Below the pieces are notes generated by a model. The model was given only the letters and a program-made list of their open reading frames with translations, ran no database searches and was not told where the DNA came from. A program made the translations under genes and the position numbers. DNA of 63,064 nt, counting the filler, from Hyphochytrium catenoides (lineage: Eukaryota > Protista > Hyphochytriomycota), in assembly GCA_900088475.1 (NCBI GenBank). It is 11 parts of 11 records of this genome, joined end to end, with 100 filler letters (N's around TTAATTAATTAA, not from the genome) between each part and the next. Parts side by side here need not be neighbours in the genome. Positions count along the whole stretch, not along the records: positions 8,179 to 34,018 come from FLMG01001216.1; 10 more parts are not named here. One strand, written 5' to 3'. Every line of letters starts with the position of its first letter. Position 1 is the first letter of the stretch. Positions 13,166-23,800 of the stretch are shown here, piece after piece.

Positions 13166-14077
13166 ATGAAGCTGACGGCTACCCTTCTGATCTCTTTCAT
13201 GACCGCCCTGGCTCTGCCCTCTATCACCGCTCTTCCTGGAGGTGCACCAAAGTGCATCATCAACCCACCTGTCATTGCTAAGGGCCATGAGGTCAAAGGC
13301 CCCACCACTGCCGCTAACTTTGGTCTTTCTCTCGCCGCATCAAGCCAGACCTACACTCCAGGGCAACAGATTCAAGTCAGCGTCAATGCAAACCAGGCTT
13401 GGAAAGGCCTGCTCATGTATGCCGCCCAGGGAGCAGTCCATGACTTCGGAGCTGCCAACACCAACGCTGACTCTACACGTCTGAACCATGTCGGGAACTT
13501 CGCTCTACCAGCGGGATATCGCGCGCAAAGTGCATCAGCGTGCCAGACAGCTAACATTGTAAATGACGTACCGACCTCAACCATCACGCACTCTAACACT
13601 GCGGTCAAGAACACTCCGGGCCAGCCAGTCACCTTCCAATGGACTGGTCCCGCCCAAGACGTTGGCCCCGTCACTCTAACAGCCGTGGTCTCCATGGGGA
13701 GCGAAGGCTCTCCTTTCTCCATTTTAAACCAAGTTACCTTGATGCCCGCGGGAGGCGCAGGTGGAGCGGCGCCTGCAGCAGCCAGTGCCGTTCCAGCTGC
13801 GGGTGCCCCTGCCGGTGGAGCAGCTACTGCTACTGGAGGAACAGCAGCGGCGCCAGCTGGAGGAGCGGCGAACAATAACAAGGCAGTCGCAAAGCAACCA
13901 ATTGTACAGCAAGTTCAGACGGCGAGCCCGGTGATGCAGAATCAAGCAGGTGGCGGGAACCAGGCTGCAGCAGCTGCGAATAACAACAAGAAGGCCAACA
14001 AAAAGCAGGCGGAGGCTGCAGCTGCTGCAGATGGCGAAGAAGATGAAGACAATGAACGTCGACTCCGACGGGTCTAA
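13166..14077 (+). CDS. Secreted Reeler-domain protein with an Ala/Gly/Asn/Gln-rich tail, intronless
   Basis: Signal peptide MKLTATLLISFMTALALPSITA. Reeler pattern PGGAPKC..YTPGQQIQVSV..WKGLLMYA..VGNF..C..TITHSN..VTFQWTGP..GPVTLTAVV. Confidence 0.85.
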   Translation: MKLTATLLISFMTALALPSITALPGGAPKCIINPPVIAKGHEVKGPTTAANFGLSLAASSQTYTPGQQIQVSVNANQAWKGLLMYAAQGAVHDFGAANTNADSTRLNHVGNFALPAGYRAQSASACQTANIVNDVPTSTITHSNTAVKNTPGQPVTFQWTGPAQDVGPVTLTAVVSMGSEGSPFSILNQVTLMPAGGAGGAAPAAASAVPAAGAPAGGAATATGGTAAAPAGGAANNNKAVAKQPIVQQVQTASPVMQNQAGGGNQAAAAANNNKKANKKQAEAAAAADGEEDEDNERRLRRV

Positions 14078-15816
14078 TCACTTGCTTGACCAAGCCTCAT
14101 CCCATCACGGAACTCTTGCCCGAGCCCACCATACTACTAGGGCCTTGTCACTCTAAGGATGTCCTTGCCCTCGTCAGCCCATTATTACCCATGTTCTCAC
14201 GAGTAAGCACACAAATCACAGCGTTTATACTTCCAAGGCAATCTTCACGAAGATCTTACAGTCTTGTTCTTATCTCCTAGAATACGTCTTCACTAACTTT
14301 CACTTCTCTCTCTTTTCTATCACACAGTACCTTAGCCTGTCTATCTCCTTTAACTCCCTTCCAAGCCTTCAAACACTCTTGAATGCCCTAAGTTGATAAA
14401 AATAAATAATAACAAGCTCAACAGTCAGCACTTCGTCACTTACTTGCGGTAGATGCCAATGCTAAGAGTTTATTCATCGCCCCTTTATGTGGGAGCATTA
14501 GTGTAGGGAGCAGTCCCTCCTTATCATCCTCAAACGTAAGAGGCCGGTGACTTGGCTTTGGCGGATGCTGCAGCGCCGGTCAAAAAAAGCGAGGACCAGC
14601 AGCACATGACAAAGGGTAGTTGTAGGAATGAGGTCTTAGTATTTGGCCGTTAATGGCGAGCTCGAATCCTATCTTTCTGCGTACTTTCAAACTTTGTATG
14701 TGCTGCGCAATGAAGCTGGATAGATGACTGTGCAAGGACTCACCGAGAACCAGTTGGCCTTGGGATGCTCTCCGATGCTAGACCGTGTTAGAGGAAGGCC
14801 TCATATACACTCTATGACTCTATTAGCGACAGCACCCTCCAGAAAGCAGCCACGACAACAGCAGAAAAGATTTGAGGTTGCAAGTTAGGATCAGCTCAGT
14901 TGCCTTGCACAGTGTTAGGAGTAGAGGCGGAAGCTGAGCTTTTCTTTAGGAGCATGGCCCAGCATTCATCGGGACATTCGTGGCCAATCTCCAAGTGGAG
15001 AGAACCAGGAAACACAGTCTCTTTCACTGCTTTCGCAGCTCTCCTGCAAGTCCTTCGGTCTTCAACTATGACACCACCCTTGACGCGTCTCGAATGCATG
15101 CGATCTTTATGACATGTTTAGAGGTACAGTAAATACTTGTGAGATACTGATACCCGCCTATGTGTACATCTCTGCCTGCAAATAGCTTCTCTTTTCCCCC
15201 TTCTCTCTCCGTCATCTATCTCGCGCTCTCTCTCTCTTTCTCACTCTCTGTCTCTCTCCGTTCCTGACTTTCTCCAACAAACGCATCCACATCGCGCTCT
15301 TTGTCTCTTGGCATTCTCTCTTTTGAACGCTTCTTACCTAGCTCTCGACATCCCAAGGGGGAGACTAGAGCGTGTCATAATATCAGCATCGCTGCGCCGT
15401 ATGCGCAGAAGTTGTCTCTGTGATGACAGACAGGAAGGAAGGAACACCGCCTGCTTCCTGTACTTGGCCGAGTAAGGAAGATGAAAGGTGCGATCCCCAT
15501 CGAGGAGATAGCCTCGATCAGTCTAGAGGCAAGGGCGGCCAAGACAAGGAAGTTCTCTATTCGGCAGGCAGGAAGAAGAGGAGAGAGTACAAGTAGTGCC
15601 AACGCTCGTGCTGTCCTAGCTCCTCTCCATACCTCTGTCTTCTCCCTCTCATCAGCTCTGTGTCAGTCGTTGTTTGGTCTCGGTCTTCTTGTTCAATCTG
15701 CTGGACACACATCAATGCCGATCTGATCTCATAGTAGTAATCAATAAAAAGGATTCAAATCTGATAATAATCTGGAGTGCCTAAGTTAGGTTAGGGAAGG
15801 AAAGGGGGGCTGGCTT

Positions 15817-17440
15817 CAGGGTTTCGAAATTGCATGCAATTTATTATAAGTCGCATACTTGCATGCAAATTGCATGCAACGTCACGTGATAATCACGTGA
15901 GATACGAATTCCCGATCGGGCTGTTTATCTTTCGCTTATCAGTAAAATCTTTATAGTTATTCGGGATAACGCGAGGATATATACTGTTCTTTGTTATACA
16001 GTAGATAGTAGATGGCTGGAACAACCAACACCTTCTGGGATTACATTTTATGGATTGATAGTAAAGTAATGACGATTTTATTGTTGCCCGCTATCAGCGA
16101 AAGCCAATGAAGCTTCCCTTTCTAGGAGCATGCATATCTTCCTTTTTCATCTTTAGGTCAATCAACCGGTAAGATCATCATCATCTCCTCCCTCTTCTTC
16201 ATCGACGATATCACTATCGCTATCTTCTTCGTCAGAAGAAGAAACCGTGAACGGATCATCATCAAAGTCTATCGGCCCCGATCCAAAATCATCTTCGTTC
16301 TTCATCTCTTCATCGTTAGCCCCACCACCACCTCTGTTCTCTCCTCTTCTTGCCTGATCCCTGGACCTTGATATTCCCCCGCTCGCCCCAGGCCCGGCTT
16401 CATCGTCACTGCTGCTGTTGGGTATAGGAGCATCTCGATCTCTTCTCCTCCGAGCAGTTGAGAATCGACCCAGTTCAGCATTACCGCCGTTGGCGGAGGA
16501 ATAGTCTTGAGTAGTAGGGTTACTATTTCCGACAGTGTCGCGACGATGATTGGCTAGGCGTCCAGCCGCATCGCCTCGGACCTCCAAGGGGACATCCTTA
16601 CAGCTATTGGCCAGATGCTGGCACATTCTCTTCGGATCTTTGGTCAACATATGGCCACAATAGTTACATCTGGCTTTCTGCTGCCTCTTGTTGTTGCCAC
16701 TTCCTCCGCCATCCTCCTGTATAGTACCATCCTCCCTCCTAGAAGGAGTATACTGGGTGAAGTGAACCCAAGCCCATGACCTGGGCTTCTGCATCGTACT
16801 TCTTCTTCAGAAGCGATGAAGAGTTCTATAGAAGAAAGACCAGGAGCACAAACAGCACAACTAGAGCACAGCAGCAGCAGCAAAGTGGTGAGCAGAAGAA
16901 GAGCCCGCTAACTGCGTTTTCACTGAACGGATGTCACCACCACCCACCAGCAGCAGTCATCATCAGCAGCAGCAGCAAGGCGAAAAGATAGGGTAGGTGC
17001 AGGGTAGGAGCTACTAGCGGCGGAGGCGCGGGGAGAGAAGGCACATCACGGCCCCGCCCGCCATCATCGAAGAGCGAGCGCACCCCAACCACCAATGATG
17101 ATATGATGAATGAGTAACTCCTCTTCTGTCTTTGCTGCAAAGTGTATCATCGACCATTGTTGCTGTTGGTGAATGCTGCCGGTTAAGGCTTAGGTTAGAA
17201 AGGAATCTTGCACCTGTGTACGTCCTGTAGTTGGTTGTTATCACGGTGAATTCTTAGGGGAGGAGTGGTAACATCATTCTGATACCGGATTTGAGGAGAC
17301 TCTTGGCCTTCTATCCCCAATCCTCATACCTCCCCAGGTGCAATTTATGGGTGCAATTTACCAGGGGATAAATCGCAGACGCAATTTGCGTGCAAATTGC
17401 AGGGGTGCAATTTGCAATCTCGCAAGCAGTCGAAACCCTG
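15817..17440 (-). mobile_element. Non-autonomous hAT-type DNA transposon (~1.6 kb)
   Basis: 11-bp perfect TIRs CAGGGTTTCGA (15817-15827) / TCGAAACCCTG (17430-17440). GGCTGGCT flanks both ends (15808-15815 plus one extra T; 17441-17448). TGCAATT/AATTGCA subterminal motifs cluster at both ends. Internal BED-finger ORF. Confidence 0.88.
16162..16794 (-). CDS. BED zinc-finger protein with acidic tail (internally deleted hAT transposase)
   Basis: AWVHF...ARCNYCGHML...RMCQHLANSC fits a BED finger. Asp/Glu-rich C-terminus. No DDE or dimerisation domain in 210 aa. Confidence 0.8.
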   Translation of the reverse strand: MQKPRSWAWVHFTQYTPSRREDGTIQEDGGGSGNNKRQQKARCNYCGHMLTKDPKRMCQHLANSCKDVPLEVRGDAAGRLANHRRDTVGNSNPTTQDYSSANGGNAELGRFSTARRRRDRDAPIPNSSSDDEAGPGASGGISRSRDQARRGENRGGGGANDEEMKNEDDFGSGPIDFDDDPFTVSSSDEEDSDSDIVDEEEGGDDDDLTG

Positions 17441-19107
17441 GGCTGGCTGGCTATTCATAGTTCCCCACTAGTTGAGTTCTCGTTGTCCTTTCCGTACAGG
17501 TACAAGTAGTGCATGGAGCCTCAACTTCAACCATGGTGTCTCATTACTACTGCACGCATTGGTTTTCCTCCCACCGTGTAGGCTAACCGCAACGTTGCAT
17601 ATTATTTGTTGAACTTGGACTTCAACTGAACCTCCTATCTAACCTTTCTTTCCTCAGTTGAAGTTGGCCACGATGTAGGGTCTACGACTTGTACAAGTGT
17701 TGAGGTCCAACCAGGGTTTAGGGACAGGTGTTGCTGTTATCAGAAAATAGACGTTGTAGATTGTGATAAGTCGAAAACTATACGTTGAAGTCAGTTAAAT
17801 CCCAGTCCTTTTTTTAGGGCTTCCTGAAACTGTCATCTACTGTCGAAAATAAAGCAGTACAACTAACACGTACCACGCCAATCATCAGATCACCTCATTC
17901 ATTAGCAAGTTTCGGTCTTCCCTCCTTTCCATATCATATGACCATCCCATGCCTCAGCCGGCATATTATCAGGAATTTGGATCATGCAGACGCCATACGT
18001 GGTACATATAATGGAGGTGGTGTACTTTTGAGCGGCAAAGGATCAGATATTTGCGCCTCTGGAGAATTTCTTTAGAACGTCAATGGCCAGCCACCGGAAG
18101 GCGGATTATGATTCAGTATAGAGTGTTTTATTGACGGCCTTCCTTGGTTACTAGGCGGCTTAGGATCGGATGAGCGATCGAACAGTGGTGACGTGTTTGA
18201 TCTGGCTCATTTTTGATGGGGGGAGAGGGATCGCGTGGCAAGTAAGAGTGAGAGAGAGACACACACACAGTTAGATAGACAGGAGATAGCGAGAGACAGA
18301 GAGACAGAGATAGCGATTTAGCGAGAGAGGGACTGGACAGCGAAAGAGAGAGAGAGACTCACAGAGAGACTCGAAAGAGAACGGGCAAGAGAGAGNNNNN
18401 NNNNNNNNNNNNNNNNNNNNNNNNNNNNNNNNNNNNNNNNNNNNNNNNAGGGAGAGAGAGAGAGAGAAAGAGGCAGACAAGAAAGAGGAGAAAGAGGGGG
18501 AAGAGAGAGAGAGAAGAGAGACACTGCTCGAGCACAGGCGAGCACAAAAGAGAGCCCGGAAACGGAACACAGGCAGGAAGAGTGGGAGCGGCACCACTAG
18601 TGGGCCTGGAGGAGAGGAGGAGAGGAGAGGAGCAGACCAACCTCATCACTCTTCTTCACAGTTGCGGCGACTCTCCTCCTCTTGCTACCAAACACCTCTC
18701 GTCCCGGCACCTCACAGCCCAGAGTTTTATCTGAAGTCTACAGCCCTCCTTCTCCGCTGGTGACCATCGCCCCTGACTCTGCACTTTGCCCGCATCAGCG
18801 TCTCCTACCTCTTTCGTGGAGCCAACGACGTCACCTAGAGCTCCAGCTTTGTTGCCAAGCTCCCAATGTGGAGCATCAGCTTCTGTTAACTAGAGAACAG
18901 GGGTAGTGACTGCCTTGCCGTGGTCGACAGGTCTCGAAGATATGGAAGTCCTCGTCGCGGCACTCAGAGTAGCAGTATTTTGCTCGTAGAGATCGAGAGG
19001 AAGAAGAACACGAAGAGAAGCGCAAGAGCTCAGGCTAAGAGAACACATATACACGGCGGCGAGGAAGAGAAAGCTTCACTTGGACGTTTTGGGACGGTTT
19101 TCTAAGT

Positions 19108-20577
19108 ATGAAGGCCACGTTTCAAAGGTCCGTGCGATGGGCGACTCCTCAGCCGAGTGTTCAGCTCGTTAGCGCGCGCTCCCAAGCAGGCATTCAAGAG
19201 TCAAACGATGGACAACCTCCAATGATCTCTGAGGAACCAGCTCCCAGTACATCCTCCACAATGAAGAAATCAAACAGCGACACCTTGCTCCGCCGCGTGA
19301 GGACACGAAGTATTAATGAGCAGACTGATCAGCCGCCCAGAAAAATCAGCCGACTAGATGGTAGTGCAGAGTGGGCACAGGAGCAGCGTAGACGTTGGGT
19401 GCCGGCAATGGACCGTGGAAGAAGGCTGAGATTGCCGTCGGACGCGGTTGACCTCCCCCTAGAAGAGGCTGCATTCAAACTACAAGCGGAGCTGCAAAGA
19501 CTCCAAAGGGAAGGGGGTGACCGCTATCTCCAGCCGCCGCCGCAACAAAGGACGCTGTTGGAGAGCTCAGCAGGACGAGGAAGTCTTTCAACTGGAGATT
19601 TACAGAGCTGCGTTCACGACTTGAAGACAGCAGCGGAAAGCGTGATAGCCTCTGTCCAAAGGGATATAGAGGCGGCCATAACTACTCATGTTCCGACACT
19701 TGCAATCTCTACTGGGAGGCAAAGACTGCCTCGGATGGAAAAGATTGCCGAGCAGACAGAGCCTGCTAACTCTGACGTGCCAGAGACCTCCGTAGCAACA
19801 GTTCTACAGCGTTCTACCTCTGTCTTCTTTGGTTTAGCCGACCAGGTAGAGTCATCGTCACCACAGTCAGCCGTAGACGCGCAAAACAGTGTAGAAAGGC
19901 CAGACAATGAAGGAATGGGCGAGATGAACCACGAAGACGACGAAGAGTCAGATGAGACCTTTGTCCTTCGAACCATCGAGGAAGAGCGGCAGAAGCGGCT
20001 ATCTAGTGCCACTAACCTCATGCCGGCAGGAGCTTTCCTTCATCGCCTGCAAGTCGAGAACCCAAAGGAAACCAGCAGCAGTGGCCCTAGATTTCCTTCT
20101 ATCTCTCCTAAACCTCTCGTCTCCTCTGATGGTCCAGTTGCACCTTCTTCTTTTCTGGATAAGGGAACGATCACTACGGAAGTAAAGAAGGGCCCGGCCC
20201 CTCCTCCCCCTCTCCTCTCGCAGCAGCCGAGAGACAGACTTTCTTTCGAGAAATGGATCCCGGGACGGGTCTGCCCGACACCGGGTACGCTTTCTCAAAC
20301 ATTCAAGTCAGGTGATGCCCAACGTGCACCTTCCCGTCGACAAAGAACCTCAAGCCAGTCCATCGATATCCCGAGCAAAACCAAAAGGAGTGCTTTCGAG
20401 GCATATAGTTCTGCGTGTTTGTCTCTTTCCCTGCTCCCTGCTCATGAACACTCTTCTCCTGTCACGGATGGAAAGCAGATGAACAGCATCAGACAAAATG
20501 TTGAGCAGGTGCTGGCACTGGAGCAAGAAGACTCAAGAGAGGATGATGGCTCACTGCAATTCGAACTTGAGCTTTGA
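19108..20577 (+). CDS. Hypothetical 489-aa protein, largely low-complexity/disordered
   Basis: ATG-initiated 1470-bp open frame in non-repetitive sequence. No domain recognised. Confidence 0.6.
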   Translation: MKATFQRSVRWATPQPSVQLVSARSQAGIQESNDGQPPMISEEPAPSTSSTMKKSNSDTLLRRVRTRSINEQTDQPPRKISRLDGSAEWAQEQRRRWVPAMDRGRRLRLPSDAVDLPLEEAAFKLQAELQRLQREGGDRYLQPPPQQRTLLESSAGRGSLSTGDLQSCVHDLKTAAESVIASVQRDIEAAITTHVPTLAISTGRQRLPRMEKIAEQTEPANSDVPETSVATVLQRSTSVFFGLADQVESSSPQSAVDAQNSVERPDNEGMGEMNHEDDEESDETFVLRTIEEERQKRLSSATNLMPAGAFLHRLQVENPKETSSSGPRFPSISPKPLVSSDGPVAPSSFLDKGTITTEVKKGPAPPPPLLSQQPRDRLSFEKWIPGRVCPTPGTLSQTFKSGDAQRAPSRRQRTSSQSIDIPSKTKRSAFEAYSSACLSLSLLPAHEHSSPVTDGKQMNSIRQNVEQVLALEQEDSREDDGSLQFELEL

Positions 20578-20842
20578 ACATAGCCCTTGCAATTGATCTC
20601 CCTCCCTTGGCAAATGCTCTCTCTTAGCCTATCAGTTCCCTGTTCTTTTAACTCCTCACTTCACACCATTTCTTCCTTCGCTCTCTTCCTTTTAGACAGA
20701 CTTCTTCTCGCTTAGTATTTATTGCTATGGTCTGACGCGGCCAGAAGCCATCGAGTGTTAAATAGACCTTTCGTTCTGAAATGATGAGTTAAAACTTTGA
20801 CACTATCCTTGCAAGCCTGTGCCATGCTGTTCCAAAAGCCGT

Positions 20843-23800
20843 CTAACCGACCAGAATGTGCTGCAATTGGTGGAGATCGTATCGGCTGATATGCATGGGA
20901 AGACAGAGCCCGCCAGTGCTGCCCTTCTTTTTTTCTCCTAAGTGTATTCTCCCTAGGGGCAATCCTTCTGTGGCCATTTGCTCAGAGAAGAGTGGAAAGG
21001 CGTATTTAGTTTCACTGAAATTCCACGCAGCCTGACGAGCAACAGAGAAGGTGTCAGCGGTCAGGTCCAAGGGGAAGTGCGTGTAGGTGAAGGATACGCA
21101 TAAAGTCTAGAGCGAAAGCGTCACTGACCGTCGCTCCAGGATTTTTGTCAAGAATGGCCTCCGTTGCCTCCTGCTTGACCTTTTGCACCTCCTCCTGAAG
21201 CCTCAGGCGCTGGACCCGAGCGGAGAGAAACTGAGAGTAGGAGAGTTAGATGTTTGGCAAGCAGTTCGCCTAGCTGAGAAAAGGGTAGCCAATGGAAAAA
21301 AGCCTGGGAATGTTGTTGTAGGTTTATTGACGGCCATCTATTTACCTGCTGGTGGGCGGGAACTTCCGGAGATGCGAGATCGACGACTGAGGGCATCGCT
21401 CTGAGACCTCGCAGCCGCTTCTGAAGGTCAGTGACTCGCTAAAACAGAGAGGTAGTAGCGGCGGAACAAGCCGTGTGAGCAAGAACACAAGTGGTGTATC
21501 GGCATGGATGTGAAGAGTCGTAGAACAGCAACAACTGAGCTGGAGAGCGAATATACAGACGGACTAATAGGGAGAGGTTGAGCTCTGTATGCGAACCAAG
21601 GTAGTCAGGTGGCAGCGACAAAGGTCCGCCATCGAAGGAATCTCCGTCGCCATACCTTTACCATCTGACCATAACTCTCTTGTGACTCCGTCTTAGATCT
21701 GGAGCTGGTGCCAGGAAGTGGCTTGAGGTGCTTAAGCTCATTCTGCATAGTCAGGTATTAGTCGATTCCTCCTCCTCTATTCTCCATCATAACTTATCAT
21801 CCCGTTCCCTTCTATGCATCTTCTAATCCCGCAACTCGTTATTAGGGAACTAGTTATACCCTCCAGGACCCCGGATCTTCCCCCTCTTGCCTTCAGGTTA
21901 TCCTCTCCTTCTTGCCCTGCAAAGAGGCTCCAACGCCGTACCTGCGTAGCGTAGGCCTTCCACGCTGCGAGTCTCTTTCTCAAATATTTGTTGACACTTT
22001 GAAGGGCCACCATCTCCTCCTCCGCGATGAAGTCAGCAGCGGTTGGGGCTCCCGTACTTGGAGCGACGCCCTGCATGCTAAATAAACTTCGAACGCTGCG
22101 AGAGAGATTCGCTCGACCAGGAGTTCGAGATGGTGTTGCAGAGCCAGGGCCCACCTTCAGTAAAGAGTGGCAGAATATGTAGAGCAACAGGCAATGGAAA
22201 GGTCAACTTAGCGACGTAACTAAGTGAAGGTAGGACTGCTAAGAGAAGAAGGATATAAGCAGCGCGTGGCCCTTCCATGATTCACCCTTCGCGCAAAAAT
22301 TTCCCTCTCAATCCCTGTCCAATCCTGTCTGCACTCTCTCGTCATTCTTGCCCTAGCCGGGACTGGCCCTTCTAACCAACGCCAGTCAAAGGAGAAAATG
22401 TTGCCATACCGCTGAGGAGAGCTTGATTTGTTTCTTGAGGTCTCTGTTCTCAGCGTCCACAGCGTCTTTGTCCTTATGGAGCTCGTCCAGTGCGCGCTCA
22501 AATTCCTCTCTTTCTTTTGCATGGAGCTTCAGGGCATCTTCGTAGAGTTGACGGCTTTCTTCAGAACGAGAGCGACTGCGTTGCAAATCGCTCTGCGCAT
22601 GCCCAATATGACAGCGGTAGAAAATGCGGACAACGGAGCGAGAAGCGCAAGGTAGAGAGGCAAAGGAAAGCATTTGGGGACGGTGAAAAAGATGAGAATA
22701 GCGATTTAGCCGCGGCGCTGTGGATGTATACCTCGAGCTTGCTCCTAATAACCTCCGCCTTGCTTAACTCTCTCTCCTTTGTCCTGAGCTCCTGACTGGT
22801 CAAGGAGAGATGCTCCTTTGCTCTATCAAGCTCTTTCTGGACGTTAGCTGCCCCCAGGAGCTGACTTCGGATAACGGCCGCTCTCTTCTGCCTATTGATG
22901 GTGGAGCGTAGAGCGAGGAAGTTTATCAGATGCAGAATGCTAGTTGTCATATAACGTCTGCGCTGACCAAGGCGAGAGCTGCGCCGAGGGCTGGCTGTCA
23001 GCCTCTTCCACATCCTCCGTAATTGGTCTATGTCTCAGAGCAGCAGTGAGAGAGCCGATCGTCACCTCCTTGTAGATGGACTCAGCCTGATGACAAGGGA
23101 GCCGTCATTTACGAGAGGTGGCATTACCATCGGATAATGCCCCGACGATCTATCTGAGTACGTAGGAGAGCATCTTCTTTCAGGCAGTTGCTAACATTAG
23201 TTCCTAACCTTTAGCTTCAGCGCCCGGCTCTCCTGCAGCAATCCTCCCTCACCAATCTCGGTACGGAGGGTCTGCACATCCTCACCGTCCGCACCTGAAA
23301 GCGATAAGAATCTGCTTGTCCTCTGCGAGAACCCAAGTACGATTAGTGACAGTGAGGTGAGAGCTATATAGTGGTAGTGGCTGAGCCAAAATCTCCAGAA
23401 AGAGATGAAAAGGAAACTGACAACCTTCTCCTATACCTGCTTGCCTGCCCCAAGCAAATTGTTGGCTTTCTTAAGAAGCCGAGAGCTCTCCTCCCTTATG
23501 CGCCGTAAATGAGTGAGACAATCTCCCCCAGTAATAGTTAGAGCTTGGTTATCGCTAGGGTCCGCGGCCTGGGGAAAGTGGTAGATTCCCAAAGAGGCAA
23601 GGAAAGAGAGAGGGTAGAGGAGTGATAAGAAGTAATGAGAGGACGAAACAGAGCGGGAAAGCGATTACTGCTGCCTATATATTTTTATCCTTGACACGTG
23701 CTCCTTACCACTTCATCGCCTACTTTCTTGAGCAGCCTCTTACAAAGGCTGCTGAACTCAGAAATCTCCTCATACAGTTCCCCCAAAGGCTGAGCAAGTA

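Noticed and set aside
13372-13881. Antisense 169-aa Ala/Pro-rich ORF
   Set aside because: Shadow frame of the GC-rich Reeler gene.
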